DNA of 64,000 nt from positions 233,836 to 297,835 of the forward strand of contig CAZNAI010000004.1 in the NCBI GenBank assembly GCA_964571235.1, in the 5' to 3' direction. Below, one piece after another: positions 19,658 through 29,164 of the stretch (positions within the stretch are counted from its first letter, which is position 1; the number at the start of each line of letters is the position of its first letter). The translations under genes and the position numbers were made by a program. This DNA is from an uncultured Ignavibacteriales bacterium (lineage in GTDB: Bacteria > Zixibacteria > MSB-5A5 > GN15 > FEB-12). The notes beneath the pieces were generated by a model. The model worked only from the letters and a program-made list of their open reading frames with translations. It was not told the origin of the DNA and ran no database searches.

Positions 19658-21340
19658 TTATAGATTACCCTTGGCACTTTCGTTACTTCTCAAGATACTA
19701 TCGACATCGGTCACCGATTTCTGCACCGGGAGGACGACGGTAAACGTGGTCCCCTGTCCAACTACCGATGAGACAGTGATTTCGCCGCCATGTTCCTTTA
19801 TGATACCATAGCTGATCGACAGGCCAAGTCCGGTTCCCTTACCGATTTCTTTGGTCGTGAAGAACGGCTCGAAGATCTTCTTGATGTTTTCAGCGGCGAT
19901 ACCGTGACCCTGGTCGACAAACTGCAATTCGACCGCGCCGCCAAATTCGCCCACTGACGGCGAGAATCGCGACACGATCAGTAGGGATGTCCCCGATTTG
20001 GACGCGTGCATAGCGTTTATCAGCAGATTCGTGAACACCTGCTGGAGCTGGCCGGCGTTCCCCTGGACAAGCGGCAGAGCCGGTTCAAGTTCCAATTTCA
20101 GTTCGATCTGGTTCATGTGCAACTGGTGTTCCATGAAGGTCATGGTCTCTTCAATAATCTTATTCAGATCGACCGGTTCAAGATCAAGCGTCCGAGATGA
20201 ACGCGAGAAGCGCAGAAGGTTCTGGACGATCTGCTTACACCGGCGCGCCTGAACCTCGATATCGGTGACATACCTGACATAACTTTCAACTTCGCGGCTG
20301 GTCGTTTTGGTCGGGTCATTCTTTTGTAGTTTTTCCAGCGTGAACTGAGCGTATCCGAGAATGCCGCCCAACGGATTATTCAGTTCATGGGCGACGCCCG
20401 CGGCCAATTGACCAATCGCGCTCATTTTTTCCGACTGAATCAGTGCGTTCTGGGCTTCCTCGAGCTGGCGAGTGCGATCGATGATCTTGCCTTCGAGGGT
20501 GCGGTTGTACTGCTCGATCTCATCACGGGATTGGCGCAGTGACACGATCATCTCGTTAAATGTCCGGGCAAGATGTCCTATTTCATCTCCGCGATCGATT
20601 TCAACCTTCTGATTCAGATCGCCTTTGCTGACCAGATCGGTTACGGCCACCAGATCGGTTAAGGGGTGGGTAATAGCACTGACGATCACCGCGATTACCA
20701 GAACCGCAAAGAGTAGGACGAAAACGGTGAGGAAAATCACCGCCATTTGGGCTTCCTGAATCGACTGAGAAACGGTCGCTGTCGAGAGCCACAGTTCGAT
20801 GGTACCGATCTGCTCAGTATCATCGCTGTCCTGCATAGCCCCGTCGAGCCCGCCGATGATGCCAAGGTGTTCCCGATCCAGAACCGCGTTGTGCGTCAGC
20901 ACCGGTACGGTGACGATCAGGATGTCATTTCCGGTCGTATCCGTCAGATAACGGCGCTGTATCCCCGAGGTCGAGTCAGAGATCGGGACAGGAGAGTCCG
21001 TTGAAGTAGACCTGACAATCGCCCGCTGTCCAACTTCGGCAAGCACCGAATCTTCACGGTTGCCGACTGCGGCATACTGGATCACATCGAATTGCGCAAC
21101 CAGCCTCAGCGTATTTTCCAGATCGCGCGAATTGCCAAAGAGCACGCCGCTTTCGACATTCATCGCCAGCATTTGAGCGATTGTCTGTCCTCGGGTTTCG
21201 AGTTCACGAAGGTAGCTTTCCGACTGACGACGGATAAGATACCCGCTGATCACGAGCATACTCAGTACGAGAATGATCGAAATGGGGATAACAAACTGCG
21301 TGCGCAGACTGGCCGTGAATTTGCCGGGGAGGAGTCTCAT
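19658..21340 (-). CDS. Membrane sensor histidine kinase with periplasmic domain and HAMP (NtrB-like core)
   Basis: Two TM helices; [13 protein letters not shown]; [11 protein letters not shown]; TNLLINA; DQGHG; PFFTTK; GTGLGL. Confidence 0.93.
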   Translation of the reverse strand: MRLLPGKFTASLRTQFVIPISIILVLSMLVISGYLIRRQSESYLRELETRGQTIAQMLAMNVESGVLFGNSRDLENTLRLVAQFDVIQYAAVGNREDSVLAEVGQRAIVRSTSTDSPVPISDSTSGIQRRYLTDTTGNDILIVTVPVLTHNAVLDREHLGIIGGLDGAMQDSDDTEQIGTIELWLSTATVSQSIQEAQMAVIFLTVFVLLFAVLVIAVIVSAITHPLTDLVAVTDLVSKGDLNQKVEIDRGDEIGHLARTFNEMIVSLRQSRDEIEQYNRTLEGKIIDRTRQLEEAQNALIQSEKMSAIGQLAAGVAHELNNPLGGILGYAQFTLEKLQKNDPTKTTSREVESYVRYVTDIEVQARRCKQIVQNLLRFSRSSRTLDLEPVDLNKIIEETMTFMEHQLHMNQIELKLELEPALPLVQGNAGQLQQVFTNLLINAMHASKSGTSLLIVSRFSPSVGEFGGAVELQFVDQGHGIAAENIKKIFEPFFTTKEIGKGTGLGLSISYGIIKEHGGEITVSSVVGQGTTFTVVLPVQKSVTDVDSILRSNESAKGNL

Positions 21341-22287
21341 CGGTAGACCTCCTTGGCAATGGCGACCAAATCAGAGGGCATGGCCAATCCCAGGCGCTGA
21401 GCAGTTTTTTCATTGTAGTGAAACCAGATGATATCCGGCGAAGACACCGGAATCTCCGATGGCCGCGAGCCATGCAGTATCTGCGTGATTTGAGCGCCGG
21501 CCTGGCGTCCGATTGCTTTGTAGTCGAAATCAAGGGCGAACAGAGCCCCGGATTCAACCACATTGCGCGAAAATCCCATGAACGGTTTGCCGGATTTGAG
21601 CGTATTGAGCAGAATGTACTTGGTCGCCTGAGGGCTGAACAGGATGGGATCGGCCAGAGACCAGATTCCGTCGCACGAGCGAGTAAGCGAATCAAGCGCC
21701 GACGGTAACTCTCGTTCGCCGTTGACTGCAATTGCGATCAGTCGAAACCCAAGATCCTTTGCAACAACGATTGACGCGGGAATCAGCGACGCTGTGTTGG
21801 TCGAATACAACACGCCGATCGACTTCATATTCGGTACAATCCGCTTGAAATATTTGAACTGAATCTCAGGCGAAATAGTGAGTGATGCGCCCGTGATATT
21901 CCCGCCGGGAGAGTTCATCGACTGGACAAATCCGGAGACGACCGGGTACATGACCGATGAGAAGACAATCGGGACTTTCGGGAAATTTGCCTGGGCAAAC
22001 TGGGTCGCAAAACTCCCGACCGCCAGAATAACGCCCGGTTTTTGTGCCTTGATCGAGTCGAGTTGTCGTGCCCGCCCGGCGATGTCGTCTGTAAGCACGA
22101 AATGGATAAATCGGGCCTGCGCAAATTCAGCGCTTACCACACCCTTGCTTCCATTTATCGTTCGGGTCGTGGATGTAAGCGTATCGACAGAAAGGACCAC
22201 TACTGTCTGGGCGCCAACCGATCCGGACAGCGCAAAGACCAATGCCAGCGCAAGCGTGAAAATGCCGAGGCGTGCTCGATAGGCCAT
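21337..22287 (-). CDS. ABC-type substrate-binding protein (ABC_sub_bind-like) without adjacent permease/ATPase
   Basis: Signal peptide; PIVFSSV, GGNITGAS, IGVLY, GALFAL..DY..IGRQAG; ATG 22287 preferred. Confidence 0.85.
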   Translation of the reverse strand: MAYRARLGIFTLALALVFALSGSVGAQTVVVLSVDTLTSTTRTINGSKGVVSAEFAQARFIHFVLTDDIAGRARQLDSIKAQKPGVILAVGSFATQFAQANFPKVPIVFSSVMYPVVSGFVQSMNSPGGNITGASLTISPEIQFKYFKRIVPNMKSIGVLYSTNTASLIPASIVVAKDLGFRLIAIAVNGERELPSALDSLTRSCDGIWSLADPILFSPQATKYILLNTLKSGKPFMGFSRNVVESGALFALDFDYKAIGRQAGAQITQILHGSRPSEIPVSSPDIIWFHYNEKTAQRLGLAMPSDLVAIAKEVYR

Positions 22288-22342
22288 AAATCCAATCAAC
22301 GTATGCGGACACAACGGGTTGAACACGACCCCAAGTCGCTTG

Positions 22343-22358
22343 TGCAACCGCGCATCCA
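22343..22358 (-). promoter_or_regulatory. Candidate sigma54 -24/-12 element
   Basis: TGGATGCGCGGTTGCA: GG-N10-GC with TTGCA; left half departs from TGGCAC. Confidence 0.3.
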
Positions 22359-22574
22359 GCCATGGATATTCAGATACTTTATCGGGATATTTCCTTTAAC
22401 CTTAAGGTCAGCGGCGGACCATAGTTTGTCCGGATCGGCGGACCGCAGAGTTTTTGTGGGAAGAGGTTAAGGTTTTTCGCCGCCTGTCGATACTCACCGA
22501 TGAAGGCCCGATGAAGAACAGGCTCGCGCAGAGACTGATCAGGTCCGGCCGACAATCAGATTGATGGAGTTGCT

Positions 22575-25268
22575 TTGAGAACACCGATCCGAAACATCTT
22601 CGTTGTGTGTGCGCTGGCGCTGGCTGTCATCAGTGGCGCACGCTCGGCATACGCCGGTGTCACCGGAAAAATTTCCGGGGTTGTATTGCAGACTGATAAC
22701 AAGTCTCCTCTTGCCGGCGCTACCATTCGAGTTGAAGGCACCAATCTGGCGACAAAGACCGACGACGACGGCGAATACTTCATTATTAATGTCCCGGTGG
22801 GAACGTATGATTTGACCGTTACCTACGTCGGATATGAAACGATGGTGAAGAAAGGTGTCCGGATTCTTGTCGATTTAACCACTCCGGTCGACTTTGCGAT
22901 CCTGCAGTCGGCGGTTGAATTGAAACAACCGACCGTGGTTCATGCCACCGCTCCGGTAATCCAACGCGACCAGACTTCGTCCAGTTTGATTTTCACTTCC
23001 GAGCGTTTACGTAATCTGCCAAATATCATCTCAGTGCAGTCGATTCTTACGAATTATCCCGGCGTAGTTGTAGATAGAAAAGAAGAACTGCACGTCCGCG
23101 GCGGTCGCGCCGGGCAGGTATCATATTACTTGGACGGTTTCTCGATTCAGGATCCGTTCGTCGCCCAGGCCGGCATACGCATTATGCCGACTGCAATTGA
23201 AGAACTGACGCTCACTTCCGGCGGATTTACCGCCGAGTACGGCGAGGCCCTTTCCGGCGTTGTCAACGCGGTTACCCGCGAAGGCGGCTCTACATATAAA
23301 GGGAATGTTCGTACCTATCAAGGCGCAACCCATCCCTACGACGTCACAAAAGCTGAGTGGGGGACGTTTGGGACAAATCAAAACCGGGCCGTGAGTTTCA
23401 ATCTGTCCGGTCCAATTCCGGGGCTGTCCAGCGACCGGTATTCGTTCTTTGCCGCCGGCGAATATTTGCGGGACTACTCGTTCCTTCCGCACGACTTTGA
23501 CAAGACTTTTACCGCGACCACCAAATTCTCCGCCCAGCCGACCTCTAAGGTCCGGATTCGCGGAGACTTCTCGTATTCACACGACGATGGCCAAATCTAC
23601 CGCCATCGAGATCAAAATGGCGCGTCGTTTGATTTCAATCTCGACGGCCTCCCGGTCAAGCGGGCGGAATCGTACTTAGCTGGCATCACTGCCAACTATG
23701 CGGCGACGGAGCGATCGATCTGGTCGTTGACTGTCAACCGATTTTCCACCTGGACCCTGACCGCGCCGGGGCATTTGCTTGATGTTTACTGGCGTGACTG
23801 GCCGGGGTACTCCGAAGATGCCAATGGCGTATATAATGGAACAGTTCACGATCACAACTATCTGGATCATCTTGATTACAACAACGAGTACGAACTGACC
23901 GGTTTCCTGCTGGGCGACCGGTTCGACCCGACCTATTCATATCGCAAGTCGGCGAACAATTCGATCATGGGCACCTGGGTACAGCAGATTTCCAAGACCA
24001 ACCAGTTCAAGTTCGGCGTTGAATACGACCGGTACCATGTCAAGCGTGACTCGAAACAGTTCTTTAACAGCAAGCCGTATACTGAATTCTACGACTGTCG
24101 GCCGACATATATCTCGACCTATGTGCAGGACAAACTTGAGTACCAGCAGTTTGTGATCAACGCCGGTGTCCGCTTCGACTATCACAACCCGGATATCTCG
24201 TATAACAAACTCACCGCCATCAAGCGCCAGAATCAGATTGATTCGATCGATTCTAAGTGGATCGACGCGTCGTCGAAATCCCGCATCGCGCCGCGCTTTG
24301 GCATTTCGTTCCCCGTTTCAGAAAAGACAGTTATGCACGCCAACTACGGCGTGTACTATCAGACGCCGATTTATCGTTACCTGTATATCAATCTGGCTGG
24401 CGATATTTCAACCGGACTTCCGCTGGTCGGTAATCCCGACCTTAAGCCGGAAAAGACAGTTTCGTATGAGTTGGGTGTGGATCACTTGGTGGGCGACTAT
24501 CTGCGTCTTGATGTCACCGCCTATTACAAGGACATCAAGGACCTGGTCACCACTCGGCGGCTGTCGCAGATTCCCGGAACTTCGATTACCTATTTCACCA
24601 ACGATGATTATGGTTCCGCGTCCGGTATCGATATTGCCATCGAGCGCCTTCGGGTGAATGGATTTGTAAGCGGCTCAATATCCTATGGATACATGGTCGC
24701 CCGCGGCATCGGATCGAATGCCCTCGACCCGTACTATACCTATCTGACGTCAACCATCGACACCCTCGCGCCGGTGACCGAGTATCCGCTCGATTTCGAT
24801 CAGCGGCACACGTTGACCGCCGTCTTCGATATGCGCTTCCCCGCCAACTGGAAAGGACACCTCTTTGGTCTCCCTGTTCCCGGATCATGGGGACTGACCT
24901 TTGTCGGTTCTCTCGGATCGGGACTTCCGTATACCAAGAGCGACGACAAGGGTAGCCGCGTGGGCGCCCGCAACGAAGGCCGTCTGCCTGCCTATTCAAG
25001 CGTCGACATGCGCTTTAACAAAGACTGGAATCTGGGTGGATCAGGGAAGATGCTCACCTTCTTCTTTGAGATCGACAATCTCTTCAATCGTCACAACGTA
25101 CTGGGTGTCTATTCTCGTTCCGGCCTCCCCGATGACGATAATATCCGGCAGACCTCGCTGGCCCTCGACGCCAACCTGCTTTCCGGGCTCGACCGACTGT
25201 ACGATCACGATCCTCAGAACTACTCGGCGCCGCGCACCGCTCGCCTTGGAATGGAATACAGTTTCTGA
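22575..25268 (+). CDS. TonB-dependent receptor with N-terminal carboxypeptidase-regulatory-like domain
   Basis: GKISGVV..PLAGATI..EGT; plug LHVRGGRAGQVSYYLDG; PDLKPEKTVSYELG; C-term LGMEYSF. Confidence 0.92.
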   Translation: MRTPIRNIFVVCALALAVISGARSAYAGVTGKISGVVLQTDNKSPLAGATIRVEGTNLATKTDDDGEYFIINVPVGTYDLTVTYVGYETMVKKGVRILVDLTTPVDFAILQSAVELKQPTVVHATAPVIQRDQTSSSLIFTSERLRNLPNIISVQSILTNYPGVVVDRKEELHVRGGRAGQVSYYLDGFSIQDPFVAQAGIRIMPTAIEELTLTSGGFTAEYGEALSGVVNAVTREGGSTYKGNVRTYQGATHPYDVTKAEWGTFGTNQNRAVSFNLSGPIPGLSSDRYSFFAAGEYLRDYSFLPHDFDKTFTATTKFSAQPTSKVRIRGDFSYSHDDGQIYRHRDQNGASFDFNLDGLPVKRAESYLAGITANYAATERSIWSLTVNRFSTWTLTAPGHLLDVYWRDWPGYSEDANGVYNGTVHDHNYLDHLDYNNEYELTGFLLGDRFDPTYSYRKSANNSIMGTWVQQISKTNQFKFGVEYDRYHVKRDSKQFFNSKPYTEFYDCRPTYISTYVQDKLEYQQFVINAGVRFDYHNPDISYNKLTAIKRQNQIDSIDSKWIDASSKSRIAPRFGISFPVSEKTVMHANYGVYYQTPIYRYLYINLAGDISTGLPLVGNPDLKPEKTVSYELGVDHLVGDYLRLDVTAYYKDIKDLVTTRRLSQIPGTSITYFTNDDYGSASGIDIAIERLRVNGFVSGSISYGYMVARGIGSNALDPYYTYLTSTIDTLAPVTEYPLDFDQRHTLTAVFDMRFPANWKGHLFGLPVPGSWGLTFVGSLGSGLPYTKSDDKGSRVGARNEGRLPAYSSVDMRFNKDWNLGGSGKMLTFFFEIDNLFNRHNVLGVYSRSGLPDDDNIRQTSLALDANLLSGLDRLYDHDPQNYSAPRTARLGMEYSF

Positions 25269-25279
25269 GCGCAAATGGG

Positions 25280-28027
25280 ATGGGTAAACAAATGACAGGT
25301 CACAAGAAATTCACAATCGCGGCGACCGCAGTCGTCCTTTGTTTCGGAGTTGAGCTAGGTATCGCCCGGCCAGCACCGACTGGCAACGGGATCGGAATAG
25401 ACGGTACACCGCCCAGGCTGATCCCGTCACCGGCGACTATTGATCAGGTTGTTCACGATTTCGGAAATATCGCCACCACGGTCGACAACTGGGGGTATAT
25501 CGGCGGATACGACTGGCAGGGACTTCCCTCGGGCGAATGGCCGCGCGGAAGCCACCACCACTATCTGGCTGAAATCAAATACTGGATGGGCGCCATCGTC
25601 GGCCCCGATACTCTGATCGCCGATAGCTACGAGGATTTCCAGGGACTACCGGACAGTATCAATGGCGGCGAGTCTTACAAGATTCATCTCTCGACTGATA
25701 CCAGTCGGTACTATTCTTATAACCCGACCGACACCACCGGAATAGGGCTTGGGAATCCGTCGCAGGGATGGAAAGTCTGGAACTTTGATTCCAGCGCCTA
25801 TACCTACAACCAGGTGTACAGTACGCGCGATACACAGTTGGTCTCCGGCAATTGGACTCACTTTTTCCCCGGCGGACCGACCTCGCTCCAGGAGTCGCAT
25901 TACCGTTTCAATGACGCCGCCGAAGGCAGTTCACTGCTCGGCCTTGAAATGACCCAGACTGTTCTACAATGGAATTATTGCTACAATCAGGACTTGATGT
26001 ATGTCATCCTCGACATTAAGAACAATTCCGGCGCTGATCTGAATAATTTCGCTTTCGGTCTCTATGTCGATCTCGACGTTGGCGCCAATGAACAGGCGGG
26101 GCAAAATGGCCAGACTGACGATCTGGTCGGTTCGGACTCTACCCAAAATCTCGCCTGGATTTACGACGACAACAAGTACGATGAAGGGTGGAAAGCCAAA
26201 CCCGGTATTATGGGGACCAAGTTCATCGAGACCCCGCAAGGGATCGGGATGACCTCTTTCCGCACCGGTGACTGGGCGCTTGTACCGGACAACGATCCGG
26301 GCAAATATGAAATGATCAATGGCACCCAATACGACGGCTCAATCCCGCCTGCCGATCAATACTATGTCCAGTGCACGCGCGGCATCAATTTCATGGCCGA
26401 TTCAACTATTCGCGTCGTATTTGCGATCATAGCCGGCGCCGACGAAGACGCTTTCCGGGCCAATGCGCAGATGGCACAGACGCTCTACGACAAGCACTAT
26501 GTAGGCCCACAACCGCCTACCACGCCGTTTCTTTCTGTGACCGCAGGTGACAGCAAAAATTATTTGCGCTGGACCGACACCTCTGAAGTCGGTGTCGACC
26601 CGCTGACCGGTGTCAATGATTTCCGGGGCTACAAACTCTACCGCTCAGAAAACAAAGGGAAGACCTGGGGCGAACTTGACTTGACCAATCGCAACACCTG
26701 CTTGGAAGTCGACTACAAGCGGCTGGCCGAATTTCCGGTCGGTGCGCCGGGTGAACCGATGGTCCACTCATATATCGATACCGGACTTTCCAACGGCGCT
26801 GAGTATTGGTACTGCCTCTCCGCCTATGACGCGGGGGAGCCGGGGCTTGTCGATGTGCTGCAAACTGGATTTGGATCACCTAACTCAGCCCGAAATGTCG
26901 GCTCAGGAACTCCGCGCACCAATCCGGCCGGATACTACTCTGCCGCCGGAACTGTCGAACATCAAACGTTGACTATCGACCCGCCCTCAGATGGAAGTAT
27001 TAAGCCTACTGTCTTCGACCAGGCGGCTTTGACTGGATCAGATTACAAAGTGGTCTTCACCGACGCCCCCGATCAGACTTACTGGCACCTGATCAACGTC
27101 ACCACCGGCGATACGGTCGTGAAAGACCAGACGCTGGAAAACGCCGCTGATGATCTTTATCCGGTTGGCGAAGGCCTTCGGGTGGTAGTGAATAACGGTG
27201 ACCGCGCACCACGGGGGTATGATCAGACCGGCTTTGCAACGTCGGGCGACACCACCATGGCGCTCTCGGTCTTTCTCGGTCCAGTCATACCCTTGATCAC
27301 CGATGATGAAAGCTATCACTTTGGCGATGCCAAGATTCGAGCCACTTACGAAATCCGATACACCGGCGATACCACTATTGCCACTTCGGTATGGGAAGGC
27401 TTCGACGCCACCACCTACCCGAAAACGCGCATTCCGTACGAAGTTTGGAATACGACTACCAATCAGCGCGTGTCGCTTGCCAATACGTCGGTTTCAGGCA
27501 CCTGGGGACCGGGTAGCACCGCAATTATTGTCGACTACCCATATGATTCGACTGCCGACCTGACGGCCGAAGCTTTCCCGTACTTGTATGGATGGGCGTT
27601 CAGATTTGACGCGACAGTCTGGAATCCTCAGACGGGCGATGTCTTTACAATTGAGGGCGCTCCGGTAAATGGTCCGAACGACGAATTTGTGTTCAAGGCC
27701 GACGGTATCGACGCGGCGTTGGCTGGCAAAAGTCTGAGCCGTATCCACACGCTTCCCGATCCGTACTTCGGTCGCTACAGTTCGCATGTGGAAGATCTCA
27801 ACGGCGAAACAGTGCTTCAGTTTGTCAATCTGCCCGACAAGTGCACGATTCGCATATACACGCTGTCCGGCGATCTGGTCAACACGATCGAACATGACAA
27901 CCTGACCGGAACCGAAAACTGGAATCTGCTCAGCAGTGACCGTCGCGAGATTGCTTCGGGTGTTTATATCTACCATGTCGACTCACCGTACGGCGAGAAA
28001 CTCGGACGCATGGCGATCATGAAGTGA
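25280..28027 (+). CDS. Secreted protein with FN3-like domain and divergent T9SS-type C-terminal domain
   Basis: Signal peptide; VTAGDSKNYLRW..FRGYKLYRS; C-term IHTLPDPY..FVNLPDKCTIRIYTLSGDLV..IASGVYIYHV..MAIMK. Confidence 0.82.
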   Translation: MGKQMTGHKKFTIAATAVVLCFGVELGIARPAPTGNGIGIDGTPPRLIPSPATIDQVVHDFGNIATTVDNWGYIGGYDWQGLPSGEWPRGSHHHYLAEIKYWMGAIVGPDTLIADSYEDFQGLPDSINGGESYKIHLSTDTSRYYSYNPTDTTGIGLGNPSQGWKVWNFDSSAYTYNQVYSTRDTQLVSGNWTHFFPGGPTSLQESHYRFNDAAEGSSLLGLEMTQTVLQWNYCYNQDLMYVILDIKNNSGADLNNFAFGLYVDLDVGANEQAGQNGQTDDLVGSDSTQNLAWIYDDNKYDEGWKAKPGIMGTKFIETPQGIGMTSFRTGDWALVPDNDPGKYEMINGTQYDGSIPPADQYYVQCTRGINFMADSTIRVVFAIIAGADEDAFRANAQMAQTLYDKHYVGPQPPTTPFLSVTAGDSKNYLRWTDTSEVGVDPLTGVNDFRGYKLYRSENKGKTWGELDLTNRNTCLEVDYKRLAEFPVGAPGEPMVHSYIDTGLSNGAEYWYCLSAYDAGEPGLVDVLQTGFGSPNSARNVGSGTPRTNPAGYYSAAGTVEHQTLTIDPPSDGSIKPTVFDQAALTGSDYKVVFTDAPDQTYWHLINVTTGDTVVKDQTLENAADDLYPVGEGLRVVVNNGDRAPRGYDQTGFATSGDTTMALSVFLGPVIPLITDDESYHFGDAKIRATYEIRYTGDTTIATSVWEGFDATTYPKTRIPYEVWNTTTNQRVSLANTSVSGTWGPGSTAIIVDYPYDSTADLTAEAFPYLYGWAFRFDATVWNPQTGDVFTIEGAPVNGPNDEFVFKADGIDAALAGKSLSRIHTLPDPYFGRYSSHVEDLNGETVLQFVNLPDKCTIRIYTLSGDLVNTIEHDNLTGTENWNLLSSDRREIASGVYIYHVDSPYGEKLGRMAIMK

Positions 28028-28037
28028 CGAGGAACAT

Positions 28038-29036
28038 ATGAAAAAAATTCTCATCACATTGATTATGCTACTCCCGGTCGCCGGGACCTACGCCGAGCAG
28101 ACCAAAGTCGGTTCGGCCGGAGCACAGTTTCTGAAAATCGGCGTTGGTTCGCGCTATCAGGCGCTTGGCGATGCCGGCGCGGCGACGGCCAACGATGTCT
28201 ACGCCATGTTCTGGAATCCGGCGGGACTAGTTGGGATCGAAGGAAACGCGATCAGTTTCACCAATGTCAATTATCTGCTCGATATCGATATGAACTATGT
28301 CGGCTATGCGAAAAACTTCGAGGGAATCGGCGTTTTCGGCGCTTCAGCCACCGTGCTCTCGATGGGTGAACAGAATATTTACACCTACGAAAATCAAGAA
28401 GGCAATGGCCAGCATTACACCGCCGGTTCGATGGCGATAGGTTTGTCGTTTGCCCGTCAAATGACTTCCACGTTTGCCTTTGGTGGCACGGTCAGATATG
28501 TCGGCGAACGGATTCACCTTGAGAAATCATCTGGGTTCGCCGTCGATTTCGGTACCATGCTCTGGACCGGGTTTAAGACCCTGCGCCTTGGGTTGGCGAT
28601 CACCAACATGGGCCCGCAACTGAAATTCAGCGGTCCGGATCTGACCGTCCCATACGACGAACAGGGTAATAGCGGATCGAACTACCCGATCGGTGCTTCT
28701 ATCGACGTGAACAAATACAACCTCCCGATGATGTTCCGTATGGGCATGGCGTATGATATGAGTGTCGGCTCTAAATCACTCGTGACGTTCGCGGCTGACC
28801 TTCGCAACCCTAACGACAATGTCCAGCAAGGGTCGCTCGGGGCTGAATTCGGATATAACGATCAGTTCTTTGTCCGGGGTGGATACAAGATAAACAGCAA
28901 GGAAGAGAAGATGTCGCTGGGCGCCGGGCTGAATACGGCCGTGACCAAAGACACGCGGTTGAGCATCGACTACGCCTGGCAGGACTTCGGGCGGCTGAAT
29001 TCGACTCAGCGTTTCTCCGTTGGCTTTACCTTCTAA
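28038..29036 (+). CDS. PorV/PorQ-family outer-membrane beta-barrel
   Basis: AQFLKIGVGSRYQALG, WNPAGL, DYAWQDFGRL..RFSVGFTF. Confidence 0.9.
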   Translation: MKKILITLIMLLPVAGTYAEQTKVGSAGAQFLKIGVGSRYQALGDAGAATANDVYAMFWNPAGLVGIEGNAISFTNVNYLLDIDMNYVGYAKNFEGIGVFGASATVLSMGEQNIYTYENQEGNGQHYTAGSMAIGLSFARQMTSTFAFGGTVRYVGERIHLEKSSGFAVDFGTMLWTGFKTLRLGLAITNMGPQLKFSGPDLTVPYDEQGNSGSNYPIGASIDVNKYNLPMMFRMGMAYDMSVGSKSLVTFAADLRNPNDNVQQGSLGAEFGYNDQFFVRGGYKINSKEEKMSLGAGLNTAVTKDTRLSIDYAWQDFGRLNSTQRFSVGFTF

Positions 29037-29052
29037 GATGGCCGATAGACTT

Positions 29053-29086
29053 AAAAAATCATGCCCCCCCTCGGGGCATTTTTTTT
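29053..29086 (+). terminator. Intrinsic terminator closing the TBDR-CTD protein-PorV operon
   Basis: ATGCCCC/GGGGCAT stem followed by a long T run, preceded by A6. Confidence 0.8.
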
Positions 29087-29164
29087 GGCGCCGGGTTTGT
29101 CCCGCTGGACTTTTGGTGTACAATGGGATATACTAAAGATTCACCCTCAACGAGCTATGGAAGT

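Noticed and set aside
22412-22444. Direct repeat CGGCGGACC x2 (24-nt period) in the divergent promoter region
   Set aside because: Only two short GC-rich copies; could be a regulator site but is not distinguishable from chance.
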